This document shows positions 25,301-25,499 of a stretch of DNA of 25,499 nt, in pieces. Position numbers and translations under genes: made by a program. Origin of the DNA: a virus (Duplodnaviria; Heunggongvirae; Uroviricota; Caudoviricetes); IMG/VR virus record IMGVR_UViG_2778261277_000016, positions 1-25,499 of that record. One strand, 5' to 3'. Each line of letters starts with the position of its first letter. Position 1 is the first letter of the stretch. The notes beneath the pieces were generated by a model. It was not told the origin of the DNA and did not search any database. It saw nothing but the letters and a program-made list of their open reading frames with translations.

Positions 25301-25334
25301 AGTGTTTTATAGGTTGTGTATATTGGCTGGGTCC

Positions 25335-25499
25335 TTATCCTGCTGTGCTTTCAACTGATGAGGGGAACAAAATCTTTTCATCAAACCCTGCATTCATATC
25401 ATGGACAGCAACACACCAATCCATTGACGAACGATTATCAAGAGCCTCCATGATTTCATCCATGCGGCGTAGGTCATACAGGTAAATGTTTTTATCGCC
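25335..25499 (-). CDS. 3' end of an AT-rich gene of unknown function (5' end beyond the window)
   Basis: My translation of the - strand from the window edge: ...GDKNIYLYDLRRMDEIMEALDNRSSMDWCVAVHDMNAGFDEKILFPSSVESTAG, stop at 25335-25337, followed by the terminator above. Lies beyond cos, where P2 carries old/tin. Confidence 0.35.
   Translation of the reverse strand, partial: GDKNIYLYDLRRMDEIMEALDNRSSMDWCVAVHDMNAGFDEKILFPSSVESTAG

Noticed and set aside
24824-25334. Exact P2 or 186 cos cohesive-end sequence
   Set aside because: I could not find a match to the 19-nt end as I remember it; only loose resemblance near 25125-25150, so no cos feature is called.

Overview
The window holds most of the late region of a P2-like (Peduovirus-type) prophage, probably in an enterobacterial host. 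All calls rest on reading the six-frame translations and on remembered similarity to P2 proteins; no database search was run. Order on the + coordinate axis: a hok/mok-like type I toxin at the left edge (1-271), ogr-like late activator (332-592, -), an AT-rich cargo gene with its own terminator (742-1407, -), tail gene D (-), then FI-FII-E/E'-T-U on the + strand (2868-8443), a truncated invertase paralog and a full Gin/Hin/Pin/Cin-type serine invertase (8470-9433, -), four tandem promoterless tail-fibre C-terminal cassettes each preceded by a 26-bp hix/gix-like crossover site (9488-11400, +), a tail-fibre assembly gene (+), then H-I-J-W-V-S-R, spanins, endolysin, holin, X-L-M-N-O on the - strand (12024-21871), terminase P and portal Q on + (22026-24823), and a cos-proximal non-coding region followed by the 3' end of an AT-rich gene running off the window. 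The most interesting feature is the invertase-driven multi-cassette tail-fibre switching system (five interchangeable receptor-binding tips). Other points worth a second look: the FI-U block is inverted relative to canonical P2 synteny, a diverged C-terminal-only invertase copy, the AT-rich membrane-protein moron between D and ogr, and a conserved TTTTGTTGT-N12-AGAAC box upstream of both +-strand late operons.
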